Shown here in pieces: positions 55,610 through 64,000 of a stretch of 64,000 nucleotides of DNA; the first letter of the stretch is position 1, and every line of letters starts with the position of its first letter. Source of the DNA: an uncultured Acidobacteriota bacterium (lineage in GTDB: Bacteria > Acidobacteriota > Thermoanaerobaculia > UBA5066 > Gp7-AA6); contig CAVXTP010000003.1 in the NCBI GenBank assembly GCA_963764715.1, positions 117,816-181,815 of the forward strand, read 5' to 3'. The position numbers and the translations under genes were made by a program. The notes under the pieces were generated by a model. That model was not told where the DNA came from. It made no database searches and saw nothing but the letters and a program-made list of their open reading frames with translations.

Positions 55610-56662
55610 TCATCTTTTCACAGTCGAGGCGTCCCGCACCCAGGCGCGCCACGCCGGCTTGGGCCGGCCGTCGAGCTCCTGCAGGCCGCGGTGGGCGAGG
55701 AACGCGCGTCGCCGCCGCTCGGCGGCGGGGGCGTCGGGCGCGAGCGCCGGACGATCGTCCGCGCCGACGTCCCGGAGCGCCACGTAGCGGGCGAACACGA
55801 GGGCCCGGGCCTCGGACTTCGCCAGAAAGGCTCGAAGGCGCCGCACAAACTCCGCCTGCCGCTCGGGACTCGAGCCGTTCGACGCGGACGAGGAGTAGCT
55901 CACGACGGGAAAAGCGATGGGTCGCCCGGCCGCGCTTTCGAGCAGCGCCGACCAGTCCTTGTCGAGGTCGGCCGGCGGACGATGCTGGAAGGGCGAGCCC
56001 GGCACGAAGGGAGCGTAGTCGTACAGCAGGAGCGGGCTCCTCTGGTGGAGCGCCGCCGCGACCTCCGGGGCCGGGCTGTCCATCGGCGCGGTCGTCGTGA
56101 CGCCCACGAGCAGATGCGGCGAGCTCTTCCGCAGGAACTGCACGGCGCCGTCGAAGAGGCGCCGGAACGCCCGCAGTTCGTCGGGCTTATCGGCGAAGTA
56201 CGCGTCCGCGCGCTCGCCGAGCGAGAGCGTCTGGAAGTCGGCGAGCGCCGGCTTGAGCGCGTCGAGCAGACCCCCGAGACGCAGCGAAAGCTTCGGGTCG
56301 TCGAAGGCGACGTCCGCGAGGTCCGCCGGAGCGTCGCGGGCGGTCTCGGTCACGAGCGGCAGGTCGAGGTGGAGCACCGCGCCCGACTGCCGCAGGACCC
56401 GCGCCGTGCGCACGAGCTCGTCGATCCGGTACTTGTGCGGCGCCGGCTCGGCGGCGGACCAGGAGAGCTCGAGCACGAAGAAGTTGGCGCCCGTGCGGCG
56501 CACCACGTCGAGCGCCGCCTGGCGCGCGGCCGCGGAGGCCGCCGGCTCGAGGTCGAGCGCGATCCCGATCGCCGGCGCCGGCGGCCGCGCGGGCGTCGGC
56601 GACGCGGCGATCGATGCCAGGGCGGCGAGGAGGATGCGGGCCGTCCGCCGCGCGCGCCTCAC
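55610..56662 (-). CDS. secreted glycoside-hydrolase-like TIM-barrel protein
   Basis: Signal peptide; LSWSAAEPAPHKY, LSLGERAD, SPERQAEF, HRGL...GRPKPAW (GH-A clan-like); GTGA overlap with the anti-sigma gene. Confidence 0.6.
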   Translation of the reverse strand: MRRARRTARILLAALASIAASPTPARPPAPAIGIALDLEPAASAAARQAALDVVRRTGANFFVLELSWSAAEPAPHKYRIDELVRTARVLRQSGAVLHLDLPLVTETARDAPADLADVAFDDPKLSLRLGGLLDALKPALADFQTLSLGERADAYFADKPDELRAFRRLFDGAVQFLRKSSPHLLVGVTTTAPMDSPAPEVAAALHQRSPLLLYDYAPFVPGSPFQHRPPADLDKDWSALLESAAGRPIAFPVVSYSSSASNGSSPERQAEFVRRLRAFLAKSEARALVFARYVALRDVGADDRPALAPDAPAAERRRRAFLAHRGLQELDGRPKPAWRAWVRDASTVKR

Positions 56663-57429
56663 GCCGAGGGCGACCCGACGAGCACGACCGGCCCGGTCGG
56701 CGCCGGGACTCCGCCGCGCGGCTCGACGGTGACGGCGAAGTTCTGGGCCCGGGGCTCGGGGAAGTCGGTCGACTCGAAGAGGGCCCGTCCCTGCGCATCG
56801 GCGTCGAAAACGCCGGCGTTGATCGGCCGGCCCTTCTGGAAGACCCAGAGCTCGTACTGCCGGTCGGTCGGAAGCGGCGCGAGGTTCGTCGCGACGATGA
56901 CGCCGCGGCGCGCCCGCTCGCTCCAGAAGACGCGGGCCCGGGCCTGCGGCTGCGGCCCCTGGCCGCCGAGGATCATCATCTGCACGTCGTCGCTCTCGAG
57001 GACCCGCGCCCGCAGCGTCCGCTCGGACAGCGCCGTCTCCGCCGAGCGCAGGCGCTCGCCGAGCTCCGCCGTGCGGCTCCGCAGGTCTTCGCGCTCGCGG
57101 CGCAGGCGCGCGTCGTCGAGGCCCACCGCGACGAGAAGCAGCGCGGCCGCCGCGGCGAAGGCCCGCCAGGCGGACGGCCCTGCCGGCCGCGGCGCGACCC
57201 GCGCGGGCCCGAGCGCGCCGAGGATCTTCGCCTTGAGCTCCGGCCGCGGGGCGACTTCGGGCGCGGACGCGGCCAGCGCCGTCGCGGCGCCGCGGAAGTC
57301 CGCCAGCAGCTCCTCGCACCGGACGCATCCCTCGGCGAGATGCCGATCGAGCTCCGCCCTCTCGTCTCCGAGCGGCAGGCCGAGGGCCAGCGCGGCGACG
57401 AGCTCTTCGTGCCGCTCGTTATGCGCCAT
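56659..57429 (-). CDS. RskA-like anti-sigma factor with zinc-binding (ZAS) motif
   Basis: HLAEGCVRC, single TM, YELW, FAVTVEPRGGVPAPTG. Confidence 0.9.
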   Translation of the reverse strand: MAHNERHEELVAALALGLPLGDERAELDRHLAEGCVRCEELLADFRGAATALAASAPEVAPRPELKAKILGALGPARVAPRPAGPSAWRAFAAAAALLLVAVGLDDARLRREREDLRSRTAELGERLRSAETALSERTLRARVLESDDVQMMILGGQGPQPQARARVFWSERARRGVIVATNLAPLPTDRQYELWVFQKGRPINAGVFDADAQGRALFESTDFPEPRAQNFAVTVEPRGGVPAPTGPVVLVGSPSA

Positions 57430-58006
57430 CGGTCTCACTCCCCCAGTACGGACGCATCCGTTCCCGAAGTTTCATCAACCCGAGCCGCACGCGCGTCTTC
57501 ACGGTGCCGAGCGGCGTCGAAGTCCGTTCCGCGATCTCCTGGTGCGTCAGACCCTCGAAGTACGCCAGCTCCAGCGCGCGGCGCTGGTCGTCCGGCAGCT
57601 CCCGGACCGCGCTCCGGCAGAGCGTCTGCCACTGGCGGCCGGCGGTCGCCGCCTCGACGTCTTCGCCGGAGGCCGGAGGGTCCGCGATCTCCTCGAGGCT
57701 GCGCACCTCGGGCCGGGACGCGCCGCGCCGCGCGCGCAGCCGGTCGATCGCCCGGCTGCGGGTGACGATCAGGAGCCAGGTCAGGACCTGGCCGCGGCCC
57801 GGATCGAACGCGCCCGCGGAGCGCCAGGCGAAGAGGAAGACCTCCTGCAGGACCTCCTCGGCTTCGCCGCCGTCCCCGAGGACGCGGCGCGCGAGGCCGA
57901 GCATCCGCGCGGCGTGCCGGTCGTAGAGCTCGGCGAGCGCGTCGGCGTCGCGGGCCTCGATGCGGGCCATCAGGGGGCGGTCGGGGTCTTCGCGCCTCGG
58001 GCTCAT
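57419..58006 (-). CDS. SigK-like ECF sigma factor
   Basis: ALAELYDRH, EAEEVLQEVF, RSRAIDRLR, LAYFEGLTHQEIAERTSTPLGTVKTRVRLG. Confidence 0.92.
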   Translation of the reverse strand: MSPRREDPDRPLMARIEARDADALAELYDRHAARMLGLARRVLGDGGEAEEVLQEVFLFAWRSAGAFDPGRGQVLTWLLIVTRSRAIDRLRARRGASRPEVRSLEEIADPPASGEDVEAATAGRQWQTLCRSAVRELPDDQRRALELAYFEGLTHQEIAERTSTPLGTVKTRVRLGLMKLRERMRPYWGSETDGA

Positions 58007-58070
58007 GGGACCTGGAGGGACCTCACGGAAATTCGCGGGGAGCTTACACCAGCGCGCGCGGGCGGCCCGT

Positions 58071-58097
58071 GAATCCGGACGGCGGTCCGGTCTCGTA
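58071..58097 (+). promoter_or_regulatory. putative SigK-type ECF promoter for the DUF4331 gene
   Basis: GAATCC-N17-CGTA, 23 bp upstream of the ATG, followed by GGAGGTG RBS. Confidence 0.6.
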
Positions 58098-58120
58098 CGA
58101 GGGGGCAGAGGAGGTGGTTC

Positions 58121-59581
58121 ATGACCCCGACCCGGTTTTCCGTCCGTCTCGCACTCGCCCTCGCGATTCTCCTGACGACGCTCGCTCCCGCGGCGGCCTC
58201 CAGCCACCGCGAAGCGCCCGGGATCTCCAACGATCCGGTCGCCGACAACACCGACGTCTACTTCTTCCGGGACCCGGTCGCCCCGTCGCGCCTCGTGATG
58301 ATCGGCAACTGGATCCCGCTCGAGGAGCCCGCCGGAGGTCCCAACTTCTTCCACTTCGAGCCGAACATCCGCTACGAGTTCAACGTCGACTCGAACGGCG
58401 ACGCCATCGAGGACTATGTCTACCGGCTGATCTTCACGCGCAACGTCCGCAACGGCGCCAACACGTTTCTCCAGAACACGGGGCCGGTCTCCTCGCCGAC
58501 CGATCCGAACCTCAACGTCTATTACACGTACGTCGTGGAGAAGTGCCTCGGCCCGTCGCCCGGCCAGACGAGCTGCGCGACCCTCGGCGCGGACCTGATC
58601 GAGGCGCCGAACAACGTGGGCCCGAAATCGTACCCCGCCGGGTACGGGAAGGGCTCGGACATCGCCTCGACCGTCTACTCGATCGACGAGGAGACCCGGG
58701 TCTTCGTCGGCCAGCGCGCGGAGCAGTTCTACGTCGATCTCGGAATGATCTTCGACCTGATCCACTTCCGGCCCGGCACGCTGCCCGGCGACCACGGCGG
58801 CGGCATCAACACGACGGCCGGCTACAACGTCCACACCATCGCGCTCTCGGTGCCGATCCAGAACCTGACCAACAACCACACCGTGCCGACCGACACGGCG
58901 GACCCCAACGCGATCGTCAGCATGTGGTCCTCGACGTGGCGGCGAGCGACGACGACGCTGTCCGCCTCGGGTGCGGCGCCGTCCGTCAGCGGCGGCTGGG
59001 TGCAGGTCTCCCGGCTCGGCAATCCGCTCGTCAACGAGGTCGTCGTACCGATCGGAGTGAAGGACCAGTTCAACGCGACCTATCCCGTCGACGACGCCCA
59101 GTTTGCCGCGGCCATCCTCGATCCGATCCTGCCGAAGGCCCTCAAGGCGCTCTTCGACATCGACTCGCCTCCGGCGCCGCGCAACGACCTGCTCGCCCTC
59201 GTGCAGGGCGTCGACGGCCTCACGAAGCGCCCCGGCGAGGTCATCTCCGACCAGCTCCGTCTCAACGTCGCCGTCTACCCGACGCCGATCTACGCCGTCA
59301 ACCGGCTCGGCGTCATCGCCGGCGACCTTTCGGGCTACCCGAACGGCCGCCGTCCCTACGACGACACGGTGGACATCGCCCTGCGCGTGGTCGCCGGGGT
59401 GCTCGTCGAGGGCTTCGACGTTTTTCCGAACAATGCCCTCGGCGACGGCGTCGACGGGCCCGACGTGCCGTTCATCGCCGGGTTCCCCTTCCTGTACACG
59501 CCGCACTCGGGCTACGAGCGGACCCACGACGACGCGCCGACGGTCACCCGGTTCGCCCAGGTTCCGACGCCCTCGAAGTAA
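58121..59581 (+). CDS. secreted DUF4331 domain protein
   Basis: Signal peptide then SSHREAP, DNTDVYFF, PAGGPNF, QVSRLGNPLVNE, GYPNGRR..DD.VD. Confidence 0.88.
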   Translation: MTPTRFSVRLALALAILLTTLAPAAASSHREAPGISNDPVADNTDVYFFRDPVAPSRLVMIGNWIPLEEPAGGPNFFHFEPNIRYEFNVDSNGDAIEDYVYRLIFTRNVRNGANTFLQNTGPVSSPTDPNLNVYYTYVVEKCLGPSPGQTSCATLGADLIEAPNNVGPKSYPAGYGKGSDIASTVYSIDEETRVFVGQRAEQFYVDLGMIFDLIHFRPGTLPGDHGGGINTTAGYNVHTIALSVPIQNLTNNHTVPTDTADPNAIVSMWSSTWRRATTTLSASGAAPSVSGGWVQVSRLGNPLVNEVVVPIGVKDQFNATYPVDDAQFAAAILDPILPKALKALFDIDSPPAPRNDLLALVQGVDGLTKRPGEVISDQLRLNVAVYPTPIYAVNRLGVIAGDLSGYPNGRRPYDDTVDIALRVVAGVLVEGFDVFPNNALGDGVDGPDVPFIAGFPFLYTPHSGYERTHDDAPTVTRFAQVPTPSK

Positions 59582-59600
59582 AGAGGCCTGCCCTCTATCC

Positions 59601-59639
59601 GCGCCCCGGCCGAAGAGATCCGGCCGGGGCGCCCTTTTC
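59601..59639 (+). terminator. hairpin/terminator between DUF4331 and ferritin-like genes
   Basis: GCGCCCCGGCCG-N8-CGGCCGGGGCGC then CCTTTTC. Confidence 0.55.
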
Positions 59640-59669
59640 GCCTTAGGATCCCGGAAGGGGGACCTACCG

Positions 59670-60215
59670 ATGCGTCGACGCGATCTTTTCCGGGAGGCCG
59701 GACGGACCGGCCTGGCTCTCGGTCTCGCGGCCGCCGGGCAACCGCTCCTCGCCCTGCCGAAGGGCGACGCCCCGTCGGCCGCCGACGACCTCGTGCTCAT
59801 GAACACGGCGCTCGCGCTCGAGCACGAGGCGATCTGGGCCTACGGGCTCGCCGGCGGGAGCGGCCTCCTCTCGGCGAAGGCGAAGGAGGTGGGCCTCCTC
59901 TTCCAGGGCAGCCACGAGACGCACCGGGACCTCCTCGCCGACGCCGTGAAGAGGAAGGGCGGCGCGCCCGTCGAGCCGAAGAAGGAGTACGTCTTCGGGG
60001 TCCCGCTCGCCGACGAGAAGGACGTGCTCGAGCTCGCCTTCAAGCTCGAGGTCGGAGCGGCGCGCGTCTACCTCTACGTCGTCGACCGCTTCCAGGACCG
60101 GGCGCTGGCGGGCTCGGCGTCGCGGATCCTCTCCGACGAGGTCCTCCACGCGACGGTGCTGCGGAGCGTGCTCGGGCGGGACGTGGTGCCGGGCTTCCGG
60201 CTGATCGAGAACTGA
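59670..60215 (+). CDS. Tat-exported ferritin-like (diiron) domain protein
   Basis: MRRRDLFR signal; LALEHEAIWAY, HETH, KLEVGAARVY, DEVLH. Confidence 0.82.
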   Translation: MRRRDLFREAGRTGLALGLAAAGQPLLALPKGDAPSAADDLVLMNTALALEHEAIWAYGLAGGSGLLSAKAKEVGLLFQGSHETHRDLLADAVKRKGGAPVEPKKEYVFGVPLADEKDVLELAFKLEVGAARVYLYVVDRFQDRALAGSASRILSDEVLHATVLRSVLGRDVVPGFRLIEN

Positions 60216-60219
60216 GGCT

Positions 60220-60489
60220 TCAGCGGTCCGGGATGGCGACCGGACCGCCCTTCAGGTCCTCCTGGATGATGCGGTCCAGGAACATCTCGCGCACGCCCTC
60301 GCGGCCGCCGGCCTTGAAGGCGCGGCGGACGTCGGCGGGCTTCAGGGCGATGCCCGTCATCGTCTTCAGGTACTGGCAGAAGACGTAGGAGCGCGACCGG
60401 AACGAGACGATCAGCAGGCCGAGCAGCAGGGCAGCTCCGCCCAGGACCATCCAGTCGGACCTGGTCACCAGCTCGAAGGCATCGGACAT
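60220..60489 (-). CDS. small single-TM hypothetical protein
   Basis: MSDAFELVTRSDWMVLGGAALLLGLLIVSF...; typical codon usage. Confidence 0.55.
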   Translation of the reverse strand: MSDAFELVTRSDWMVLGGAALLLGLLIVSFRSRSYVFCQYLKTMTGIALKPADVRRAFKAGGREGVREMFLDRIIQEDLKGGPVAIPDR

Positions 60490-60538
60490 GGGGGATTTCT
60501 CCGAGTCAGGGTAGCAGACTTTGGGCGGAATCGAGCCG

Positions 60539-61402
60539 TCAGCGCCCCGGGAGGGCCGCCAGGAAGTCGTGCGCGACGTCACGCGGCGACCGGCGATCGC
60601 GGTCCACGGCGGCGTTCATGCGGCGCATCGCGTCGGCGGAGATCGATCCCGACAGCCGCTCGAGCGCGCGGCGCGCGCGGGGCTCCCCTGCCACGCCGTT
60701 ACGCGCGACGAAGGCCGCCTCGTAGGGCGGGAAATATCGCCGGTCGTCCTCGAGCACGGCGAGGTCGAGCGCCGCGATCAGTCCGTCGGTCGAATTCCCG
60801 GCGACCACGTCGACGCGTCCCTGGGACAGCGCGGAGTAGAGCAGGCCGAGGTCCATCTCGCGGGGTCGTGCGGTGAACGCCAGACCGTAGGCCGCGGCGA
60901 GCCCCGCCCAGCCGTCGGCGCGCTCCACGAACTCGTAGCCGAAGCCCGGCACGAGCTCCGGGTGCCGCGCGAGGTCGGTGATCCGGGAGACGCCGAGGCG
61001 GCGCGCGGCGTCGCCCCGCATGACGAGCGCGAACGTGTTCTCGAAGCCGAGCGGCGGAAGCCACGCGAGCTTCCAGCGCCGGGCGTACTCGGACGCGACG
61101 GCCGCCCGCACGCGCGCCGGGTCCGCCACGGGCTTCTCCCTCAGGATCGCGGTCCACGCCGTCCCCGTGTACTCGGGGTAGAGGTCGAGCTCGCCCGCCG
61201 TCAGCGCCTGGTGGCACACGAAGGTCCCGCCGAGATCGAGCCGGCGCTCGACGGCGAAGCCCTCGGCCTCGAGGACCTGGGCGGCGAGCTCGCCGAGAAC
61301 GACCTGCTCGGTGAAGTTCTTCGAGCCGACCGTCAGCCGGCGCTCGCCCCCGCACCCCGCCGCGACGAGGATCGCCGCGAGCGCGGCGAGAAGGCGCCTC
61401 AC
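60539..61402 (-). CDS. osmoprotectant ABC transporter substrate-binding lipoprotein (OsmF/OpuCC-like)
   Basis: LVAAGC, VGSKNFTEQ, YPEYTGT, LEDDRRYFPPY. Confidence 0.92.
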   Translation of the reverse strand: MRRLLAALAAILVAAGCGGERRLTVGSKNFTEQVVLGELAAQVLEAEGFAVERRLDLGGTFVCHQALTAGELDLYPEYTGTAWTAILREKPVADPARVRAAVASEYARRWKLAWLPPLGFENTFALVMRGDAARRLGVSRITDLARHPELVPGFGYEFVERADGWAGLAAAYGLAFTARPREMDLGLLYSALSQGRVDVVAGNSTDGLIAALDLAVLEDDRRYFPPYEAAFVARNGVAGEPRARRALERLSGSISADAMRRMNAAVDRDRRSPRDVAHDFLAALPGR

Positions 61403-62037
61403 GCGTCCGGGCCCCACCGGCGCTCGGCCGCCGAGAGCGCGGCGTCGCACAGAAGCGCCAGGGCCGCGGCCGGGATCGCGCCGGCGAGGATGAGGCGGTG
61501 GTCGACGGTGGCCACGCCGCGGAAGATGAGCACGCCGAGGCCGCCGGCCCCGATGGCGGCGGCGATCGTCGCGAGGCCGACGCCCGTCACGACGGCGATC
61601 CGGACGCCCGCGAGAACGACCGGGAAGGCGAGCGGCAGCTCGACCGAGCCGAGCCGCTGCCGATCGGTCATGCCGAGCCCCGCCGCCGCCTCGACGACCG
61701 CCGGGTCGACCGACCGGATCCCGGTGTACGTGTTGCGGAGGATCGGAAGCAGCGAGTAGACGACGAGCGCCACGATGGCGGTCCGCGCGCCGATGCCTCC
61801 GAGAAACGGCATCGGAATGAGGAAGCCGAAGAGCGCGAGGCTCGGGATCGTCTGGACGACGTTGGAAAACGCGAGGACGGGGCGCGCGAGAGCCGGCCGG
61901 CGCGTCAGGAGGACCCCGAGGGGAACGCCGATCGCGACCGCGATCGCCGAGGCGGCCGCCACGAGGCCGAGGTGCTGCGCCGCGAGGGCGCCGATCTCGC
62001 CGCGGCGCTCCCAGAAGAAGCGCAGGAGGCCGCTCAC
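61399..62037 (-). CDS. osmoprotectant ABC transporter permease
   Basis: QTIPSLAL, LLPILRNT, EAAAGLGM, IGAGGLG. Confidence 0.92.
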   Translation of the reverse strand: MSGLLRFFWERRGEIGALAAQHLGLVAAASAIAVAIGVPLGVLLTRRPALARPVLAFSNVVQTIPSLALFGFLIPMPFLGGIGARTAIVALVVYSLLPILRNTYTGIRSVDPAVVEAAAGLGMTDRQRLGSVELPLAFPVVLAGVRIAVVTGVGLATIAAAIGAGGLGVLIFRGVATVDHRLILAGAIPAAALALLCDAALSAAERRWGPDA

Positions 62038-62774
62038 GGCGCGAACTCCTCGACGAACTCGCGCACGAAGGCGTCGGCCGGCCGCTCGACGAGGTCCGAC
62101 CGCGAGCCGACCTGGCGAAGGCGGCCGCCGGCGAGGACCGCGATGCGATCGGCCAGGCGGAAGGCTTCCCCGAGATCGTGGGTCACGAGCAGGACGGCCG
62201 CCGAAAGCTCGCGCTTCCAGCCCTGGAACTCCCGCTGGATCGCGCGGCGGGCGATCGGGTCGAGCGCTCCGAAGGGCTCGTCCATCAGGACGAGCGACGG
62301 ATCGGCCGCGAGCGCGCGGGCGACGCCGACGCGCTGGCGCTCGCCGCCGGAGAGCTGCCGGGGCCGGCGGTCGGCGAACTCCGACGGCGGCAGACCCACC
62401 AGGGCGAGCAGCTCCTCGGCGCGGGCGCGGCGCTTCTCGGCCGGCCAGCCCAGCAGGCGCGGCACCGTCTCGACGTTCTCGCGCACCGAGCGGTGCGGAA
62501 AGAGGCCGCCCTCCTGGATGACGTAACCGATGCGGCGCCGCAGGCCGACCGCATCCTGACGGCGCGCGTCCTCGCCGAAGACGCGCACCTGCCCCGCGTC
62601 GGGCTCGAGGAGCCGGTTGGCGAGCTTGAGGGCGGTCGTCTTGCCGCCGCCCGAAGGCCCGACGAGCGCCAGGGTCTCCCCCGGCCCGACCGACAGCGTC
62701 AGGCCGTCGAGAACCGGGGGCCGCCCGGGGAACCGCTTCGCGACGTCGACGAACTCGAGCGCGGCGCCCGCCAA
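62034..62774 (-). CDS. osmoprotectant ABC transporter ATPase
   Basis: GPSGGGKT, LSGGERQR, MDEPFGALD. Confidence 0.92.
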   Translation of the reverse strand: MAGAALEFVDVAKRFPGRPPVLDGLTLSVGPGETLALVGPSGGGKTTALKLANRLLEPDAGQVRVFGEDARRQDAVGLRRRIGYVIQEGGLFPHRSVRENVETVPRLLGWPAEKRRARAEELLALVGLPPSEFADRRPRQLSGGERQRVGVARALAADPSLVLMDEPFGALDPIARRAIQREFQGWKRELSAAVLLVTHDLGEAFRLADRIAVLAGGRLRQVGSRSDLVERPADAFVREFVEEFAP

Positions 62775-62790
62775 CGGCTAGAATCGCTCC

Positions 62791-64000
62791 ATGCCCGAAG
62801 TCTACGACGCGGTCGTCATCGGCGGCGGCCCGGGCGGCTCGACCGTCGCGACCTCGCTTTCGCGCGCCGGGCGGCGCGTCGTTCTTCTCGAGCGCGAGAA
62901 GTTCCCGCGCTTCCACGTCGGCGAGTCGCTGCTGCCCTTCGCCCTGCCGATCTTCGACCGCCTCGGCGTGCACGACAAGATCCGCGCCGCCGGCTTCCAG
63001 ACCAAGTACGGCGCCTTCTTCTGGAACGAGTTCAACGGCACGACGCGCCCCGTCATCTTCGCCGAGGCCCGCGACCCGAACCACCCCATGGCCTACCAGG
63101 TCAAGCGCGCCGACTTCGACGAGCTGCTCCTTCGCCACGCGGCCTCCTGCGGCGCCGAGGTCCGCGAGGAGACCGCCGTCGAGGACGTGCTCTTCGAGGG
63201 CGGCCGGGCGGTCGGAGTGCGCGCGCGGACGCGCGGCGGCGAGCCGGCGGCGATCCGGGCCCGGGTCGTCGTCGACGCCTCGGGCCAGGGCGCCTTCCTC
63301 TCGCGCAAGCTCGGGATCCGGAGCTTTGACCCGAAGCTGAAGCGCGCGGCGCTCTTCGCGCACTACGCGGACGTGCGCTGGCCCGAGGGCAGCCGGCCCG
63401 GCGACATCCTCCTGCCGATCGACCGGGGCGTCTGGTACTGGATCATCCCCTTCTCCGACGGGACCTGCAGCGTCGGCGGCGTCTTCGATCCGGCGGAGGT
63501 GCGCTTCGCCGAGGGCGCCTCGCCGGAGACCCGGTACGACGAGCTCCTCGCCCGCTCGCCCCGGGTCGTGGGCCTCCTCGAGGGCGCCCGCCGCGTCTCC
63601 GGCGTCCACGGCGTCTCGGACTACTCGGCCCGCTCGAACAAGCTCGGCGGCGACGGCTGGGCGCTGGTCGGCGACGCGGCCACGTTCCTCGACCCGGTCT
63701 TCTCGACCGGCGTCTTCCTCGCGATGTCGACCGGGGAACGGGCGGCGGCCGCGATCGACCGGGCGCTCGCCCGCCGCGGCCGTGTGGACGCCCGCGACTT
63801 CGCGGCCTACGAGCGGCAGGCCAACCGGATGGTCGCCCGCTTCCGCAAGTTCGTCTACAACTTCTACGATCCGGTCTTCTTCGAGGCGTTCACGACGCCG
63901 CGGCCCCCCGAGGCGATTCGCGCGGCCGTCGTGACCGTGCTCGCGGGCGGCGTCGAACGGGTCTCGCCCGCGATGTGGGCCTGGACCCGCATGATGTTCC
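62791..64000 (+). CDS. flavin-dependent halogenase-like oxidoreductase (3' end beyond window)
   Basis: Manual translation MPEVYDAVVIGGGPGG...FPRFHVGESLLP...FQTKYGA...WYWIIP...GDAATFLDPVFSTGV. Confidence 0.8.
   Translation, partial: MPEVYDAVVIGGGPGGSTVATSLSRAGRRVVLLEREKFPRFHVGESLLPFALPIFDRLGVHDKIRAAGFQTKYGAFFWNEFNGTTRPVIFAEARDPNHPMAYQVKRADFDELLLRHAASCGAEVREETAVEDVLFEGGRAVGVRARTRGGEPAAIRARVVVDASGQGAFLSRKLGIRSFDPKLKRAALFAHYADVRWPEGSRPGDILLPIDRGVWYWIIPFSDGTCSVGGVFDPAEVRFAEGASPETRYDELLARSPRVVGLLEGARRVSGVHGVSDYSARSNKLGGDGWALVGDAATFLDPVFSTGVFLAMSTGERAAAAIDRALARRGRVDARDFAAYERQANRMVARFRKFVYNFYDPVFFEAFTTPRPPEAIRAAVVTVLAGGVERVSPAMWAWTRMMF

Noticed and set aside
61-63609. Many very long alternative-frame and antisense ORFs (e.g. 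10808-14458 +, 10710-14264 -, 39070-43116 -, 39849-43262 +, 55502-58072 +)
   Set aside because: Shadow ORFs expected from high GC3 codon bias; they are Arg/Pro/Gly-rich or antisense, lack motifs, and overlap recognisable genes

Overview
Very GC-rich bacterial chromosome segment, gene-dense, with about 58 credible CDSs. I see no rRNA, tRNA, CRISPR array, transposase or prophage genes. The gene content and the style of the C-terminal SLH-like repeats suggest Acidobacteriota (Thermoanaerobaculia-like); this is inference. Core genes: ispH (partial), moaD/moaE, mgtE, a fused E2-E1 2-oxoglutarate dehydrogenase, queF, sodC, ychF, fbp and an osmoprotectant ABC transporter. There are many secreted peptidases/hydrolases, two ~1270-aa paralogous SLH-anchored surface proteins, a 4-hydroxybenzoyl-CoA-reductase-like Mo/FAD/FeS operon and two ECF sigma/anti-sigma modules. 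The most notable signals read directly from the DNA are: (1) mirror-image GTCACGC-N14-GCCTAGA motifs pointing at an ECF sigma gene and at a divergent secreted phosphatase; (2) a TetR operator-like palindrome at tetR/moaDE that recurs 36 kb away in front of the Mo-enzyme operon, whose large subunit has Gln at the catalytic Glu position; (3) a SigK/RskA-DUF4331-Tat ferritin module with an ECF-type promoter; (4) widespread -10 boxes directly abutting start codons, consistent with leaderless mRNAs; (5) a structured 5' leader on an RRM gene; (6) several families of short repeats, one embedded in frame in a CDS. Start codons were refined by eye, and no database searches were run.
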